This document shows, in pieces, positions 42,705-53,939 of a stretch of DNA of 64,000 nt. The DNA comes from an uncultured Bacteroidales bacterium. Lineage in GTDB: Bacteria; Bacteroidota; Bacteroidia; Bacteroidales; VadinHA17. Where the stretch lies: the NCBI GenBank assembly GCA_963844935.1, contig CAWJQH010000004.1:733058-797057 (forward strand), in the 5' to 3' direction. Positions within the stretch are counted from its first letter, which is position 1, and the number at the start of each line of letters is the position of its first letter. The position numbers and the translations under genes are program-made. The notes under the pieces are model-generated. The model saw only the letters and a program-made list of their open reading frames with translations. It had not been told where the DNA came from and did not search any database.

Positions 42705-44123
42705 TGTTTCCGGCTGCAGGTTAAGCTCACCTTCCCAGCGGGCGATCACTGCAGTCGCAAGGCAGTTGCCCAGCACATTTACCGAGGTCCGGGCCATATC
42801 CATTAATTCATCAATACCCAGGATGATGTAAATTGGCCAGGTCGGAAGCCCGAAACTTGCAGCAGTCCCCAGCAGGATGACGAGCGAGGCCCGGGGTACT
42901 CCAGCAACTCCCTTGCTTGTCAGCATCAGGGTAAAAACTATCAGGAGCTGTTTTTCAATTGGAAGATCAATACCGGATATCTGAGCAAGAAAGATGGTTG
43001 CAAGTGAAAGATAAAGTGTTGTTCCATCCAGATTAAAGCTGTATCCCGTAGGCATAACAAATGCAACTATTTTACGCGGAACGCCAAACTCTTCCATGCG
43101 TTCCATTGCAATGGGAAGGGCTGCTTCAGAACTGGTTGTGGAGAATGCTATCACTACAGGCTCGGAGATTGCCTTAATGAATCTTTTTATCGGGATCTTG
43201 AATATAAGTGCTACCGGCAGCAACACCACAAGGAGGAAGACAATCAAAGAAACGTAAAGGGTGGCAAGGAGTTTAAGCAGGTTATAAAGTATATCTAGAC
43301 CCATGTGACCGGTGCTGTAAGCAATTGCCGCAAACACTGCAAACGGAGCAAAATACATTATCAGCTGTGTAAACTTGAACATCGTTTCGGCAAGCGCTTC
43401 GGTAAACCTGATCATCGGGTTTTTATATTTATCCTTGATCATGGCAACAGCTATACCGAAGATAATGCTGAAAACAACGATCTGCAGAACCTGTCCCTCA
43501 TAGATGGCTTTTGCTATATTCTCGGGAAATATGTGGAGGATCAGATCAGTCCCCTTTGTTACAGTGGCAACAGGAATATCAGCCTGGTTTACGGCCTCAG
43601 GTACTTTCACCCCGATACCTGCTTTGCTGATATTTATTGCAAGCAATCCGATGAAGAGGGCCAGAGTCGAAACAATCTCAAAATAGACAAGCGATTTCCA
43701 CCCCATCCTTCCTACCTGTTTCAGGTTTGAATGACCGGCAATACCCACAACCAGTGTGGCAAACAGCAGGGGAGCAATAATAGTTTTAATCAGGCGCAGG
43801 AAAATCATACTGACGACCTGCATTTTCACGGCTATTTGCGGCAGGTCGTGTCCAAACTCAGCGCCAAGGATCATACTGATCAGAATCCAGGTGGTGAGAG
43901 ATTTTTTGTACAAGGCATAACCAACTATTGCAGCTATGGTGATCAGCCTGGATATCAGCAGGATTGTTTTGCTGATGCTTAGAATGTCATAATGATTGAC
44001 CGTTATAAGTAAAGAAGTAATAAAAACAGTTGCCAGAAGAAAAAGGAGATAGCGTTTAGGAACCTTGTTGTTTTTACCCGTGTTCTTAGGGTCACCTTTG
44101 GAGGTTAAGGGCGCTGAGGACAT
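42699..44123 (-). CDS. Dicarboxylate/amino acid:cation symporter (GltP-like)
   Basis: AFSTTSSEAALP, GYSFNLDGT, TSKGVAGVP, DMARTSVNV. Confidence 0.9.
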   Translation of the reverse strand: MSSAPLTSKGDPKNTGKNNKVPKRYLLFLLATVFITSLLITVNHYDILSISKTILLISRLITIAAIVGYALYKKSLTTWILISMILGAEFGHDLPQIAVKMQVVSMIFLRLIKTIIAPLLFATLVVGIAGHSNLKQVGRMGWKSLVYFEIVSTLALFIGLLAINISKAGIGVKVPEAVNQADIPVATVTKGTDLILHIFPENIAKAIYEGQVLQIVVFSIIFGIAVAMIKDKYKNPMIRFTEALAETMFKFTQLIMYFAPFAVFAAIAYSTGHMGLDILYNLLKLLATLYVSLIVFLLVVLLPVALIFKIPIKRFIKAISEPVVIAFSTTSSEAALPIAMERMEEFGVPRKIVAFVMPTGYSFNLDGTTLYLSLATIFLAQISGIDLPIEKQLLIVFTLMLTSKGVAGVPRASLVILLGTAASFGLPTWPIYIILGIDELMDMARTSVNVLGNCLATAVIARWEGELNLQPETP

Positions 44124-44346
44124 AAAATGGTACAATTTTAATCATCCGTACAAACCTAGTCAAATAAATTGATTGGACGAGCCTGATCATTTCATAACAT
44201 ATCTATTCCAATTTGTAATTTTACCTGCCTGCCCCTGAATACTTAATGAACAATATCCATGACTTATTGAATGTACTATCTTTGGGTCCCAGGATGAATG
44301 TCAAAATGATTATGGCAACAGCCAGGACACAGGAACCTTATTGAAA

Positions 44347-46292
44347 ATGGAGGGATTAGGCAAACGTCAGGATATTAGTAAACTCTCTCTCGCTGGTGCA
44401 ATAATTGCACTGGGAATTGTATTTGGTGATCTCGGAACCAGTCCGCTCTACACGATGAGAGCTATCATTCATGGTGGTTCAGAAAATATAAATCAGTTAC
44501 TTATATTCGGTGGGCTGTCATGTATCTTCTGGACACTGACTCTGACAACTACAGTAAAATATGTCTTAATAACATTACGTTCCGATAATAAGGGAGAGGG
44601 GGGAATCTTTGCACTGGCTGCATTGATCAAGAGAAAATCACCATTGATTGCTGTTCTGACAATGATCGGAGGAGCAGCTATTCTTGCTGATGGTGTTATT
44701 ACCCCTGCTATTACAGTTACTTCTTCAATTGAGGGACTAAAGCTTTATAATTCTGACATTCCGGTTGTTCTGATTGTTTTATGCATCCTGACAGTCATGT
44801 TTTTCATACAACAATTTGGCTCAAATCTGATCGGAAAGTCGTTTGGTCCGATTATGCTTGTATGGTTTACCACGATTGCCGTACTTGGATTATCTCAGGT
44901 AATCCGGCATCCGGAAATTTTAAAAGCAGTAAATCCTGCATATGCTTACCGGTTCCTTACTGAGTACCCAGGTGGCTTTGTTTTACTTGGTGCAGTTTTT
45001 CTATGTACAACTGGAGCTGAAGCGCTTTATGCTGATCTGGGACATTGCGGCAGGTCAAATATTCAGGTGACATGGGGATTTGTCAAGATTGCGCTACTTC
45101 TTAATTATTTCGGACAGGGAGCCTGGCTGATGTTGAATATGGAAACAGGAGCAGATTCCAATCCATTTTTTGAAATAATGCCAAAATGGTTCCTGATACC
45201 GGGAATCACTCTGGCTTCAGCTGCAGCCATTATTGCCAGCCAGGCCATAATAAGCGGGTCATTTACTCTTATTAGTGAAGCAATTTCCCTGAACTTCTGG
45301 CCTAAGCTCAAGGTGCTTCATCCGACTTATGTCAGGGGTCAGGTTTACCTGCCGGTTGTGAACTGGTTCCTCTGGATAGCCTGCAGCCTTACTGTTATAT
45401 TCTTCAAAGAATCATCAAACATGGAGGCTGCTTATGGTCTGGCAATAACATTGACAATGATAGTGACCACAATGTTATTGTCATATTATTTTTATCAAAG
45501 AAGGTAAATCACGGTTTAATACTTTTGCTGTTGGTCGTCTATTTAACCATTGAAGGCAGTTTCCTTATCGCTAATCTTCATAAATTCAGTCATGGCGGCT
45601 GGTTTACATTAATTTTGACAGCCTTGTTTACTTTGATAATGTATGGCTGGTATTTCGGCAGGAAACTCAGGAACAAGTATATCTCCTTTGCCTCTCTGTA
45701 TGGATACCTTGGAATGTTCAGGGACCTCGCCAGGGACAAGTCGGTTCCGATGTTGGCCACCAATCTGGTTTACATCATACATGCAAACAGCATTGACCAG
45801 GTAGAATCAAAAGTGATCTATTCCATTTTTAACAAACAACCCAAACGGGCAAATACATACTGGTTTCTGCATGTCGATATGGTAGATGAACCCAATCGCT
45901 TTGAATATAAGATTACCCATATAATACCGGGAATACTTATCAGGATTGATTTTCACCTGGGATATAAAGTTGAACCGAAAATCAATCTCTATTTCAGGGA
46001 AGTGCTGGAAGATATGGTCAAATCAGGTGAAATTACTCTCGAAAGCGGCTTTGCTTCAATGAAAAAGAGAGGATTGCCAGGTGATTTTAAGTTTGTGCTG
46101 ATTGACAGAATAATGCTCCATGACTTCAAACTTTCAAATGTCGAGAGCTTCATTATTTCTTTATATTCATTAGTAAGAAGACTGAGTATACCTGCAGAGA
46201 GAGCTTTCAATCTCGATAATACGAGCATTATAGTTGAAAAGGTCCCTATTATGATAGATCAGCCTGTGGGTAAACGAATTGAGCGGATCTGA
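44347..46292 (+). CDS. kup: KUP/HAK/KT potassium transporter (frameshift near 45500)
   Basis: GIVFGDLGTSPLY, DNKGEGG, DGVITPAI, GAEALYADLGH, AAYGLA; continues in ORF 45525-46292. Confidence 0.88.
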
Positions 46293-46309
46293 AGATTGCT
46301 GGAGGTTCC

Positions 46310-46792
46310 CTATTGCTGAAATGTTATCCTGTCAACGTTGACGTCGGCATACATGATCTTCAGGGCGCTGGCCCGGCGCAGGGCCTGTTTTACTTCCGTG
46401 ACAATACCCATCCGGGCGTCCTTGTCGATCTTCAGCACCACGAGCATCTTTGTCTTGTCAGCCTCGCTGAGCTGTTCACGCTCCTGGGCAATGAAATCCT
46501 GGATATCATTTATCTCCCTGAAGGTATCATTGAGCTGGATCTTCGGCTCAGTGCCATACAAGGCCTGAAAGTTGCCGAGAGGCTCGCCTATGAATATAAA
46601 GCTGGCAAGCGATTTCTTCTCCAGCACTTTGCCCTCAGTTGCTTCAGGAAGCCTTACTGTCACCATGACATCCGTCTCACGCATTGTTGTGATAGCCATG
46701 AAGAAGAAGAGTGTTATGAATACTATATCAGGAAGTGAGGCTGTGCTGATCGCCTTCACTGATTTTTCCCCTGTTTTTACAAACCTGGCCAT
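46310..46792 (-). CDS. exbD: Biopolymer transporter ExbD
   Basis: ISTASLPDIVFITLFFFM. Confidence 0.85.
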   Translation of the reverse strand: MARFVKTGEKSVKAISTASLPDIVFITLFFFMAITTMRETDVMVTVRLPEATEGKVLEKKSLASFIFIGEPLGNFQALYGTEPKIQLNDTFREINDIQDFIAQEREQLSEADKTKMLVVLKIDKDARMGIVTEVKQALRRASALKIMYADVNVDRITFQQ

Positions 46793-46793
46793 T

Positions 46794-47378
46794 TTATTTC
46801 TCTCCTATCCTTTTTGGTTCAGCCTCCGAAATAGGCACCTTATAGAATTCATCAACGGCGCTTTTCCTGTCCTCACCAAGTTTTTCGTAAGCCATTCCGA
46901 ATTGTTCCATGGCAACTTCCTCACGCAGTTTTGACCTTGCAGCAATGAGCTCGTTCTGTACGGCAATATAGACCCCGTATTTTGTTCCGATGTCATTCTG
47001 CAGTGAGATAACCGCTTTTGAGACAGGAACGTTCCCGAAATAAGGAATATTGACTACCTCTTTTTCAGGCATATTGGGCTGATTGGCGGCATTTACAATA
47101 AACCTTTCGGCAATTTCCCTCAGCTGGCTGAATTCAGTCAGCTCTCCTTCCACCAGTAACAGGTTGTCTTTGTTGACTTTCACTTCCAGGATATTCCTGT
47201 CGTTGATCTTGTTGACATCCTGCGGCACATTGGGATCCGGGATTGCCGGCAACTGACGCATCAGTCCCGTATCCGTGTCGAGTGTTGTAACAGCCAGGAA
47301 AAATATTAGAAGGAGGAACGCAATGTCAGCCATCGAGCTTGCATTTATCTCCGGTACTTGCCTTCTTTTTCTTGCCAT
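46794..47378 (-). CDS. exbD: Biopolymer transporter ExbD
   Basis: EINASSMADIAFLLLIFF. Confidence 0.85.
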   Translation of the reverse strand: MARKRRQVPEINASSMADIAFLLLIFFLAVTTLDTDTGLMRQLPAIPDPNVPQDVNKINDRNILEVKVNKDNLLLVEGELTEFSQLREIAERFIVNAANQPNMPEKEVVNIPYFGNVPVSKAVISLQNDIGTKYGVYIAVQNELIAARSKLREEVAMEQFGMAYEKLGEDRKSAVDEFYKVPISEAEPKRIGEK

Positions 47379-47418
47379 CTGATATATTTTTTAGTCCGGT
47401 ATCTGGCGGATCATCAGG

Positions 47419-47880
47419 TTATTTTTTAAAATACCTTGATATCACTGAATATATAATGGCCAGGAAGGAAAGAGCAAGCAGGAAGTAGGCAAGATAGAGC
47501 CCCACGTCGGTCAAAAAGAGCGTTCGCGGCACGTTGTCCTTGCCCTTATAATGAGGCAGGTCGAGAACCGTGTTGTCAGCCATCAATGCTGCTATACCTA
47601 TAAGAACGACGCCAATGACCAGTGCTATAAGGGTAAGTCTTATACCTTTAGGATTAAGTACAAAGTTCCTGACAGTAAAGAAGAGCGTAATGAGAAGGGC
47701 AATACCAAATAATACATACGCATAAATGATGAAAGAGTTGGTTATTTTCGGCTCTTCATATCTTGTCCCCTCGGTGCCCGGAACCACTCCGCCGATGAAG
47801 AAAATCACGGCAAAGATCACCGTGAGACCCATCAGGACCCACAGGAGGATCAGTGTTAACTTATTTATTTTTGCTGACAT
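47419..47880 (-). CDS. Four-TM hypothetical protein of the exbB/exbD operon
   Basis: Four hydrophobic segments; lies between exbB and exbD. Confidence 0.7.
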   Translation of the reverse strand: MSAKINKLTLILLWVLMGLTVIFAVIFFIGGVVPGTEGTRYEEPKITNSFIIYAYVLFGIALLITLFFTVRNFVLNPKGIRLTLIALVIGVVLIGIAALMADNTVLDLPHYKGKDNVPRTLFLTDVGLYLAYFLLALSFLAIIYSVISRYFKK

Positions 47881-47886
47881 GACAGG

Positions 47887-48666
47887 TTATTTTTGAGTGT
47901 ATCTGGCCAGCATGTCAATAAGCGAGATCGAAGAATCTTCCATCTGGTTGGAAATGGAATCGATTTTTGAAAGGATATAATTGTAGAAGACCTGCAGGAT
48001 AATTGCCACCACAAGGCCGAACACAGTTGTAATAAGCGCTACCTTGATACCACCCGCAACGATGGTGGCAGAAACTGTTCCTGCCTGTTCAATGGCATCG
48101 AAAGCCTGGATCATACCGATAACTGTTCCGAGGAACCCGAGCATCGGGGCAAGAGCAATGAAAAGCGATATCCATGAGAGGTTCTTCTCGAGAAGGCCTG
48201 CCTGAACGCCACCGTAGGCAACAACTGATTTTTCTGCCATTTCAATCCCTTCATGGGATCTGTCAAGACCCTGATAAAAGATACTAGCCACAGGTCCCCT
48301 TGTATTACGGCATACTTCCTTGGCAGCGTTGACATCCTTTTCTTGCAGGGCTTTATCTATCCTGGCCAGAAGTTTATCAGTGTTAGTGGTGGCCAGGTTA
48401 AGGTATATTATCCTCTCAATAACGATGGCCAGACCAATGATCAGGCAGAGAAGGATAGAAGACATGAATCCTGCGCCGCCCTCAATGAACAGTCGTTTTA
48501 TCTCTTTGTGGAGCACCGCCTCGCCTGTGGCAGGTGTAGTCTCTGCCTGTTCGGTAAGTTGCTGGGTTGTAGTTGCAGGCTGTTCCGTTTGCGCCTGTGA
48601 GGTCTGTGTTGTGCCCAGGAGGAGGAGGGCTGCAAAAACCGTAAGAACGAGAACTCTTTTCATCAT
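47887..48666 (-). CDS. exbB: MotA/TolQ/ExbB proton channel protein
   Basis: APMLGFLGTVIGMIQAF, GIKVALITTVFGL; ATG 48666. Confidence 0.88.
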   Translation of the reverse strand: MMKRVLVLTVFAALLLLGTTQTSQAQTEQPATTTQQLTEQAETTPATGEAVLHKEIKRLFIEGGAGFMSSILLCLIIGLAIVIERIIYLNLATTNTDKLLARIDKALQEKDVNAAKEVCRNTRGPVASIFYQGLDRSHEGIEMAEKSVVAYGGVQAGLLEKNLSWISLFIALAPMLGFLGTVIGMIQAFDAIEQAGTVSATIVAGGIKVALITTVFGLVVAIILQVFYNYILSKIDSISNQMEDSSISLIDMLARYTQK

Positions 48667-48788
48667 GTTGTTTTTAATGGAAGTTTCAGCAAAAATAAAA
48701 AAAAAGGTCAAAGTATCAACGCTGTACGTTTCTTTAGGACAAAAAGCATAGGGTATCAAAAGAGGCGTGGCAGCATACAGTGGTGATA

Positions 48789-49625
48789 TTAATACTCATC
48801 AGGCAGTTCTTTCAGCTGTGCCAGGGTAAATACAGGACCATCCTTACAGACATATACTTTACCAACATTGCACCGGCCGCATTTGCCAAAGCCGCATTTC
48901 ATCCTGTTCTCCAGGGTGGTATAGATGTTCTCATCCGGGAAACCGAGTTTTGCAAGAACCGGGAATGTGTATTTTATCATTACCGGAGGTCCGCAAACAA
49001 TCGCTACTGTTTCCTTTGATGAAGGAGCAACTTTTTCAACGATTGTCGGAACAAACCCGATTTCACCTTTCCAGTCAGGCGTTTCCCCTCCCGGATCGAC
49101 AGTGGTAATGAGTTTTACATCCTTCCGTTTTTCCCATTCCTCCAATTCGTGCTTATAAACAAGATCGTTAACTGATCTTGCTCCGTAGATAATAGTTACA
49201 TCTTTGAAATTCTCCCTGAGGTCAAGGGCATTCCAGATCACGCATCGCATCGGGGGCAAAGCTATTCCGCCTGCAATAAAGAGGAGGCTTTTTCCTTTCC
49301 ATTCATCTATGGGGAAAGTATTTCCGTAAGGGCCGCGGAACCCTATTATATTGCCTTCCTCACAGCCCGAAAGCGCTTTGGTTACCTTGCCCGCTTGCCG
49401 GAAGGTGCATTCTATATATCCTTTGCGTGTTGGTGAGGAGGCAATACAGAAGGTTGATTCTCCTGCCCCGAAAACGGAATATTCGCCGAACTGACCGGCT
49501 TTAAATGTAAACCTGTTCTGATCTTCCTCATTGACGAATTTCAGCATAAATGTTTTCACACCCGGTGCCTCAAAAGTGACCTTCTCAACCTTCATGAGGT
49601 AAGGCATATATATATTGTCTGTCAT
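48789..49625 (-). CDS. flxA: FlxA-like FAD/NAD-binding [2Fe-2S] oxidoreductase
   Basis: FRGPYGN, IAGGIAL, CGPPVM, MKCGFGKCGRC...C. Confidence 0.75.
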   Translation of the reverse strand: MTDNIYMPYLMKVEKVTFEAPGVKTFMLKFVNEEDQNRFTFKAGQFGEYSVFGAGESTFCIASSPTRKGYIECTFRQAGKVTKALSGCEEGNIIGFRGPYGNTFPIDEWKGKSLLFIAGGIALPPMRCVIWNALDLRENFKDVTIIYGARSVNDLVYKHELEEWEKRKDVKLITTVDPGGETPDWKGEIGFVPTIVEKVAPSSKETVAIVCGPPVMIKYTFPVLAKLGFPDENIYTTLENRMKCGFGKCGRCNVGKVYVCKDGPVFTLAQLKELPDEY

Positions 49626-50647
49626 ACAGCGGTCTCCTGAATTGAAATTAAATGTTCAAGAATATTCATGTCGGCAGGACATGCCCTGGAACACCGGCCA
49701 CAGCCCGTGCATCCATAGACAGACTGTCTTTCTGGCATATATGAGAATTTATGCATAACGCGCTGTCTCCACCGCTGTGACTGCACATCCCTTGGGTTAT
49801 GTCCCGAGGTATGAAGTGTGAAAACTGAAAATCCGCATGAATCCCAGCATCTTACACGGGATCCGGATTTACCATGCGATTCATCCTGTATATCGAAGCA
49901 TGCGCAGGTCGGGCAGACATAGGCACAGGCACCGCATCCGAGACATTTAAGTGACTGTGCAACCCATTCGTCACTTTCAAAATAATTTTCGAGCCTCTGC
50001 CTGATTTCTTCGTGGTTAAACCTGACCGGAACTTCGGCAAGATATTGTTCTTTATTTATCTCTCCGGCTTCCTCAAAAAGTGCAGTTGCCATTGAAACAA
50101 CTTCTGATCCTTTGTCTGTCAGCACTTCTGCCAGAAAGTCACTGTCATCCCCAAGCTGTGTAAACAAAATGTCGCTACCTGATGTACCGCCGGGATTTCC
50201 GCCGACTGAGGTGCAAAAACAGTATTCATCCGCTGTGCTGCAGCTGAAACCTAAAACAGTCACCCGTGATAACCGGCTGTTATAGATTTCATCTTTATAA
50301 TCCCAGTTGAAAATTGAACTCAGCTGGCTGATGCCCATCGCGTCACAAGGTCTTGTTCCCCAGATGACAATATCAGGAATGCTGTCAATATCAATTCCTT
50401 TAACTGATATTCCTCCGCCGGATTTGGAATAATCCAGAATTTTTTCAGCTCTGGGAAATGCAACCTCTTTTGAAGACTGGGTTGTCTGAATGTAACCGGT
50501 TGCAACTTCAGAAAAGCTTCCGGCCTCTTTGAATGACACCTTCCCGTTCTTAGTGGCAGGAGCATAGACTGTTTTGTTGTTCTGCTTCAGGATATCGAAA
50601 AGCTTCTCCAGTGAATCCTTCCTGATTAACCGCCTGTCAATACTCAT
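49622..50647 (-). CDS. flxB: FlxB-like (AsrA-family) 4Fe-4S protein
   Basis: RPCD, CFCTS, CLGCGACAYVCPTCAC, CTGCGRCSRACP. Confidence 0.72.
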   Translation of the reverse strand: MSIDRRLIRKDSLEKLFDILKQNNKTVYAPATKNGKVSFKEAGSFSEVATGYIQTTQSSKEVAFPRAEKILDYSKSGGGISVKGIDIDSIPDIVIWGTRPCDAMGISQLSSIFNWDYKDEIYNSRLSRVTVLGFSCSTADEYCFCTSVGGNPGGTSGSDILFTQLGDDSDFLAEVLTDKGSEVVSMATALFEEAGEINKEQYLAEVPVRFNHEEIRQRLENYFESDEWVAQSLKCLGCGACAYVCPTCACFDIQDESHGKSGSRVRCWDSCGFSVFTLHTSGHNPRDVQSQRWRQRVMHKFSYMPERQSVYGCTGCGRCSRACPADMNILEHLISIQETAV

Positions 50648-50650
50648 ATC

Positions 50651-51451
50651 TTACTTTATAAAGTTCTCTTTATCATCGGGTTTGTACGTAGACATCAGAT
50701 GTTCTCCTTTTATTGCAGGCTGATAACCTCCAAAGTTAGCTCTGACATCTTCGATCATTCTCTTGGTCAGCAGGTTAAGCGGAATAGCAAGAGGGCATGC
50801 ATTGAAGCATGCATCACAGTCAATGCACCGGCCTGTAAGATGAACAGCTCTCATTATGTGCCATTCAAGATTGCCCAGCTTATCCGAAGGAACGGGTATC
50901 CACTGAGGCTGATTAAAGTCAACCGTGCACCTGCTGCAATAACACATAGGGCATGCTGCCCTGCAGGCGTAACACTTAAAGCAGGGGGTGAGCTCATCAA
51001 TCCAGAACTGCCATCTTTCAGATGACGTCATTTTCTCCAGCTTATCAAGCTTCTCCCTGTTGCGTGCATCAATCTCGATCTGATACTGATGAACAAACGT
51101 TTCTACTTCTGTGAGATTTCCAAATTCGATCAGTTTGTTTTCAGGAGTAATTCCCAGAACGAGTAAATTGTTATCGTTTACCTGGAATTCCGAGGCAAGC
51201 TGAATAATGCTTCTCATCACAGGCAATGTGGCCTCAATGGCCATCCTGCCTCTTTCCTTTACTTCCCGTTTTGTAACATAAGCAGCCAGGTTCTGTACGC
51301 AGCGGCTGTCAAATAAAAGTTTGCCGGTATCTTCGGGTCTTTCAGCAAATAGCGCACGGGTTTTGCCGGCCGTGCCTTCCTCATATCCTATTACAACCTT
51401 TACCTCAGAGGTCTCAAGAAGCTCTCTGGCCCTTTTTCTCAGTTCATCCAT
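50651..51451 (-). CDS. flxC: FlxC-like 4Fe-4S dicluster protein
   Basis: CFKCYACRAACPMCYCSRC and HLTGRCIDCDACFNACP. Confidence 0.7.
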   Translation of the reverse strand: MDELRKRARELLETSEVKVVIGYEEGTAGKTRALFAERPEDTGKLLFDSRCVQNLAAYVTKREVKERGRMAIEATLPVMRSIIQLASEFQVNDNNLLVLGITPENKLIEFGNLTEVETFVHQYQIEIDARNREKLDKLEKMTSSERWQFWIDELTPCFKCYACRAACPMCYCSRCTVDFNQPQWIPVPSDKLGNLEWHIMRAVHLTGRCIDCDACFNACPLAIPLNLLTKRMIEDVRANFGGYQPAIKGEHLMSTYKPDDKENFIK

Positions 51452-51896
51452 GGTTCTCCGCCTCCATCACCGGTTTCCTTGCAATCTTTTTATAATCATC
51501 ATATGGGCCTAATTCACGGATTGAAGCAACCGTAGAATTAACAAGCTCAGCCCATCTGGCCCCTTCTGCGGCAGACACCCATGAAAATATTATCCTTCTC
51601 GTGTCAATACCCATAAAATCACAGAGTGAACGGAACATTATCCACCTTCTTCTGGCGTGGAAATTTCCGGAGGTATAATGACAATCGTTCGGATGGCATC
51701 CTGATATCATTATCCCGTCAGCTCCTTCATCAAAAGCTTTCAGCAACAGCATATAATCTATGCGACCGGTACAGGGAAACCTTATTATACGGACATTGTG
51801 AGCATATTTTATCCGGCTTGTACCGGTCAGGTCCGCTCCGGCATAAGTGCACCAGTTACAGACGAATGCCACAATTTTTGGTTCAAAATCAGCCAT
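51444..51896 (-). CDS. flxD: MvhD/FlxD-family [2Fe-2S] subunit
   Basis: AFVCNWCTYAGAD, PCTGR, GCHPNDCHY. Confidence 0.8.
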   Translation of the reverse strand: MADFEPKIVAFVCNWCTYAGADLTGTSRIKYAHNVRIIRFPCTGRIDYMLLLKAFDEGADGIMISGCHPNDCHYTSGNFHARRRWIMFRSLCDFMGIDTRRIIFSWVSAAEGARWAELVNSTVASIRELGPYDDYKKIARKPVMEAENHG

Positions 51897-51907
51897 TACA
51901 TATAATA

Positions 51908-53911
51908 TTAATATTCATTCAATAAAGCCATAACCTCAGAATATACCTGCTCATGTGTATATCCCTGTATGTCAATTGATTTAGTCCGGCAGAAAGCAAC
52001 ACATGTACCGCAACCCTGGCACAGGCCGGGATTAACTCTGGCAACACTTTTTATTATTTCTCCGGCCCTGTTTCTGATATCCTCTTTCTCAATTGCCTGG
52101 TACGGGCAAGCAGACTGGCATAAGAAACAACCCACACATGAGGAATAAGCCGGTGCCGGCTGACGGTTGACGAAAGCAATCAGCGGTTCACGCGTGAGTT
52201 CGTCCTGCGAAAATAATGCTGCCACTTTAACTGCAGCACCTGATGCCATTGCGACAGATTCAGGTATGTCACGGGGAGCCTGGCATGCACCTGCCAGAAA
52301 AATACCTGCGGTGTTTGTTTCAACAGGCTTCAGTTTCGGATGAGCTTCCGCAAAGAAATGATAAGGATCGTATGAAACATGTAATTTCTGCGCCAGTTCT
52401 TCAGCTCCCTCGTTTGCAACACCGGCAGTGGCAAGAACAACCATATCAGCATCAATTTCGACCGGCATGGCATTCAGCAATGTATCGGCTCCGATCACAA
52501 TCAGCTTTCCGTTCTTCTCATATATTCTTGATATCCTGCCACGCACGTAATTAACGCCGTCATCCTCGATGGCTCTCCTGACAAATTCTTCATACATTTT
52601 GCCTCCTGCCCTGATATCCATGTAGAATACATAAGATTTTCCTCCATGCACCTTATGCTGATACAGCATGGCATGTTTAGCGATATACATGCAGCATATT
52701 TTGGAACAATAAGGAATCCCTTTAGCCGGGTCACGGGATCCCGCACAGGCGACGAATACGATTTTTTCAGGGATCTTTCCGTCTGAGGGCCTTCTGATTT
52801 CACCGAGAGTGGGTCCGGAGGCTGAAGCCAGACGCTCAAACTGAAGCCCGGTAATCACATCCGGATATTTGCCATAGCCATATTCAGGGAAGAAATCTGT
52901 TTGTTTTACAGTGAAGCCTGTGGCAATGACAACAGCTCCGATTTCGGCTTCAACAATCTGATCTTCCTGGTCAAAACGAATGGCCTGTGTGGGACATACC
53001 TTTTCACATATCCGGCATTTGCCTTTGGTATAGTAGGTGCAGTGCTCCCTGTCGATCACAGGTTTGTTTGGAACAGCCTGGGGGAAAGGCACGTAAATAG
53101 CAGGCCGGTTACCCATTCCTTCATTGAATTCGCTGGGTATCTTTTTGTTGGGGCACTTTGTGGTGCACAATCCGCAACCGGTGCAGAGTTTTTCATCAAG
53201 GCTTTTTGATTTCCTCCGGATCTTCACTTTAAAGTTCCCGATAAAGCCTTCAATACTTTCCAGTTCCGAATAAGTGTATAATGTAATGTTTTGATGCTGT
53301 GCTACTTCTACCATCCTTGGCGTCAGGATACACTGCGAACAGTCGAGCGTGGGGAAAGTTTCCGAAAGCTGCGACATGTGCCCTCCGATGGATGGCTCCT
53401 TCTCGATGAGGATCACTTTATGGCCGGTATTGGCTATATCAAGGCTCGCCTGGATACCTGCAATACCGCCTCCTATCACCAGTGCTGTCTTTGTAACAGG
53501 GACCTTTATTGCATCAAGTGACTGATTATATTTGATTTTTTCAACCAGTATTCTTACGAGGTCAATTGCCTTTTCAGTTGTTTCTTCTCCCTTTTCATGC
53601 ACCCATGAGCAATGTTCGCGCAGGTTGGCCATTTCGCACATGTAAGGATTTAATCCGGCTTCATCGCAGGCTTTTCTGAAAGTAGGCTCATGCATCCTGG
53701 GAGAACATGAGGCAACGACCACTCCGGTCAGGCCTTTTTCAGCAATGGCGTTTTTAATAATGGTCTGCCCCGGATCGGAACACATATACTTGTAGTCTAC
53801 GCTGAAGGTCACTCCGTCATATTTGCCGGCAACGTCAGCGACTTTGGCACAATCGACTGTGGCGCTTATGTTCTCTCCGCAATGACAGACAAATACTCCT
53901 ATTTTTGACAT
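51908..53911 (-). CDS. hdrA: Heterodisulfide reductase subunit A-like flavoprotein
   Basis: VFVCHCG, SCSPRMHE, GGGIAG, FPTLDCSQC, CSKICCMY, terminal ferredoxin motifs. Confidence 0.92.
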   Translation of the reverse strand: MSKIGVFVCHCGENISATVDCAKVADVAGKYDGVTFSVDYKYMCSDPGQTIIKNAIAEKGLTGVVVASCSPRMHEPTFRKACDEAGLNPYMCEMANLREHCSWVHEKGEETTEKAIDLVRILVEKIKYNQSLDAIKVPVTKTALVIGGGIAGIQASLDIANTGHKVILIEKEPSIGGHMSQLSETFPTLDCSQCILTPRMVEVAQHQNITLYTYSELESIEGFIGNFKVKIRRKSKSLDEKLCTGCGLCTTKCPNKKIPSEFNEGMGNRPAIYVPFPQAVPNKPVIDREHCTYYTKGKCRICEKVCPTQAIRFDQEDQIVEAEIGAVVIATGFTVKQTDFFPEYGYGKYPDVITGLQFERLASASGPTLGEIRRPSDGKIPEKIVFVACAGSRDPAKGIPYCSKICCMYIAKHAMLYQHKVHGGKSYVFYMDIRAGGKMYEEFVRRAIEDDGVNYVRGRISRIYEKNGKLIVIGADTLLNAMPVEIDADMVVLATAGVANEGAEELAQKLHVSYDPYHFFAEAHPKLKPVETNTAGIFLAGACQAPRDIPESVAMASGAAVKVAALFSQDELTREPLIAFVNRQPAPAYSSCVGCFLCQSACPYQAIEKEDIRNRAGEIIKSVARVNPGLCQGCGTCVAFCRTKSIDIQGYTHEQVYSEVMALLNEY

Positions 53912-53939
53912 ATTGCAGTCTGAATAAACATATTAATAA

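Noticed and set aside
46293-48788. att-site duplications of the tRNA-Arg or tRNA-Ser 3' ends at the block borders
   Set aside because: No copy of either tRNA end was seen at 46293-46310 or 48667-48788, and there is no integrase in the window.
51444-53911. Selenocysteine recoding in HdrA or MvhD/FlxD
   Set aside because: Both ORFs are open with Cys at the motif positions and contain no in-frame TGA.
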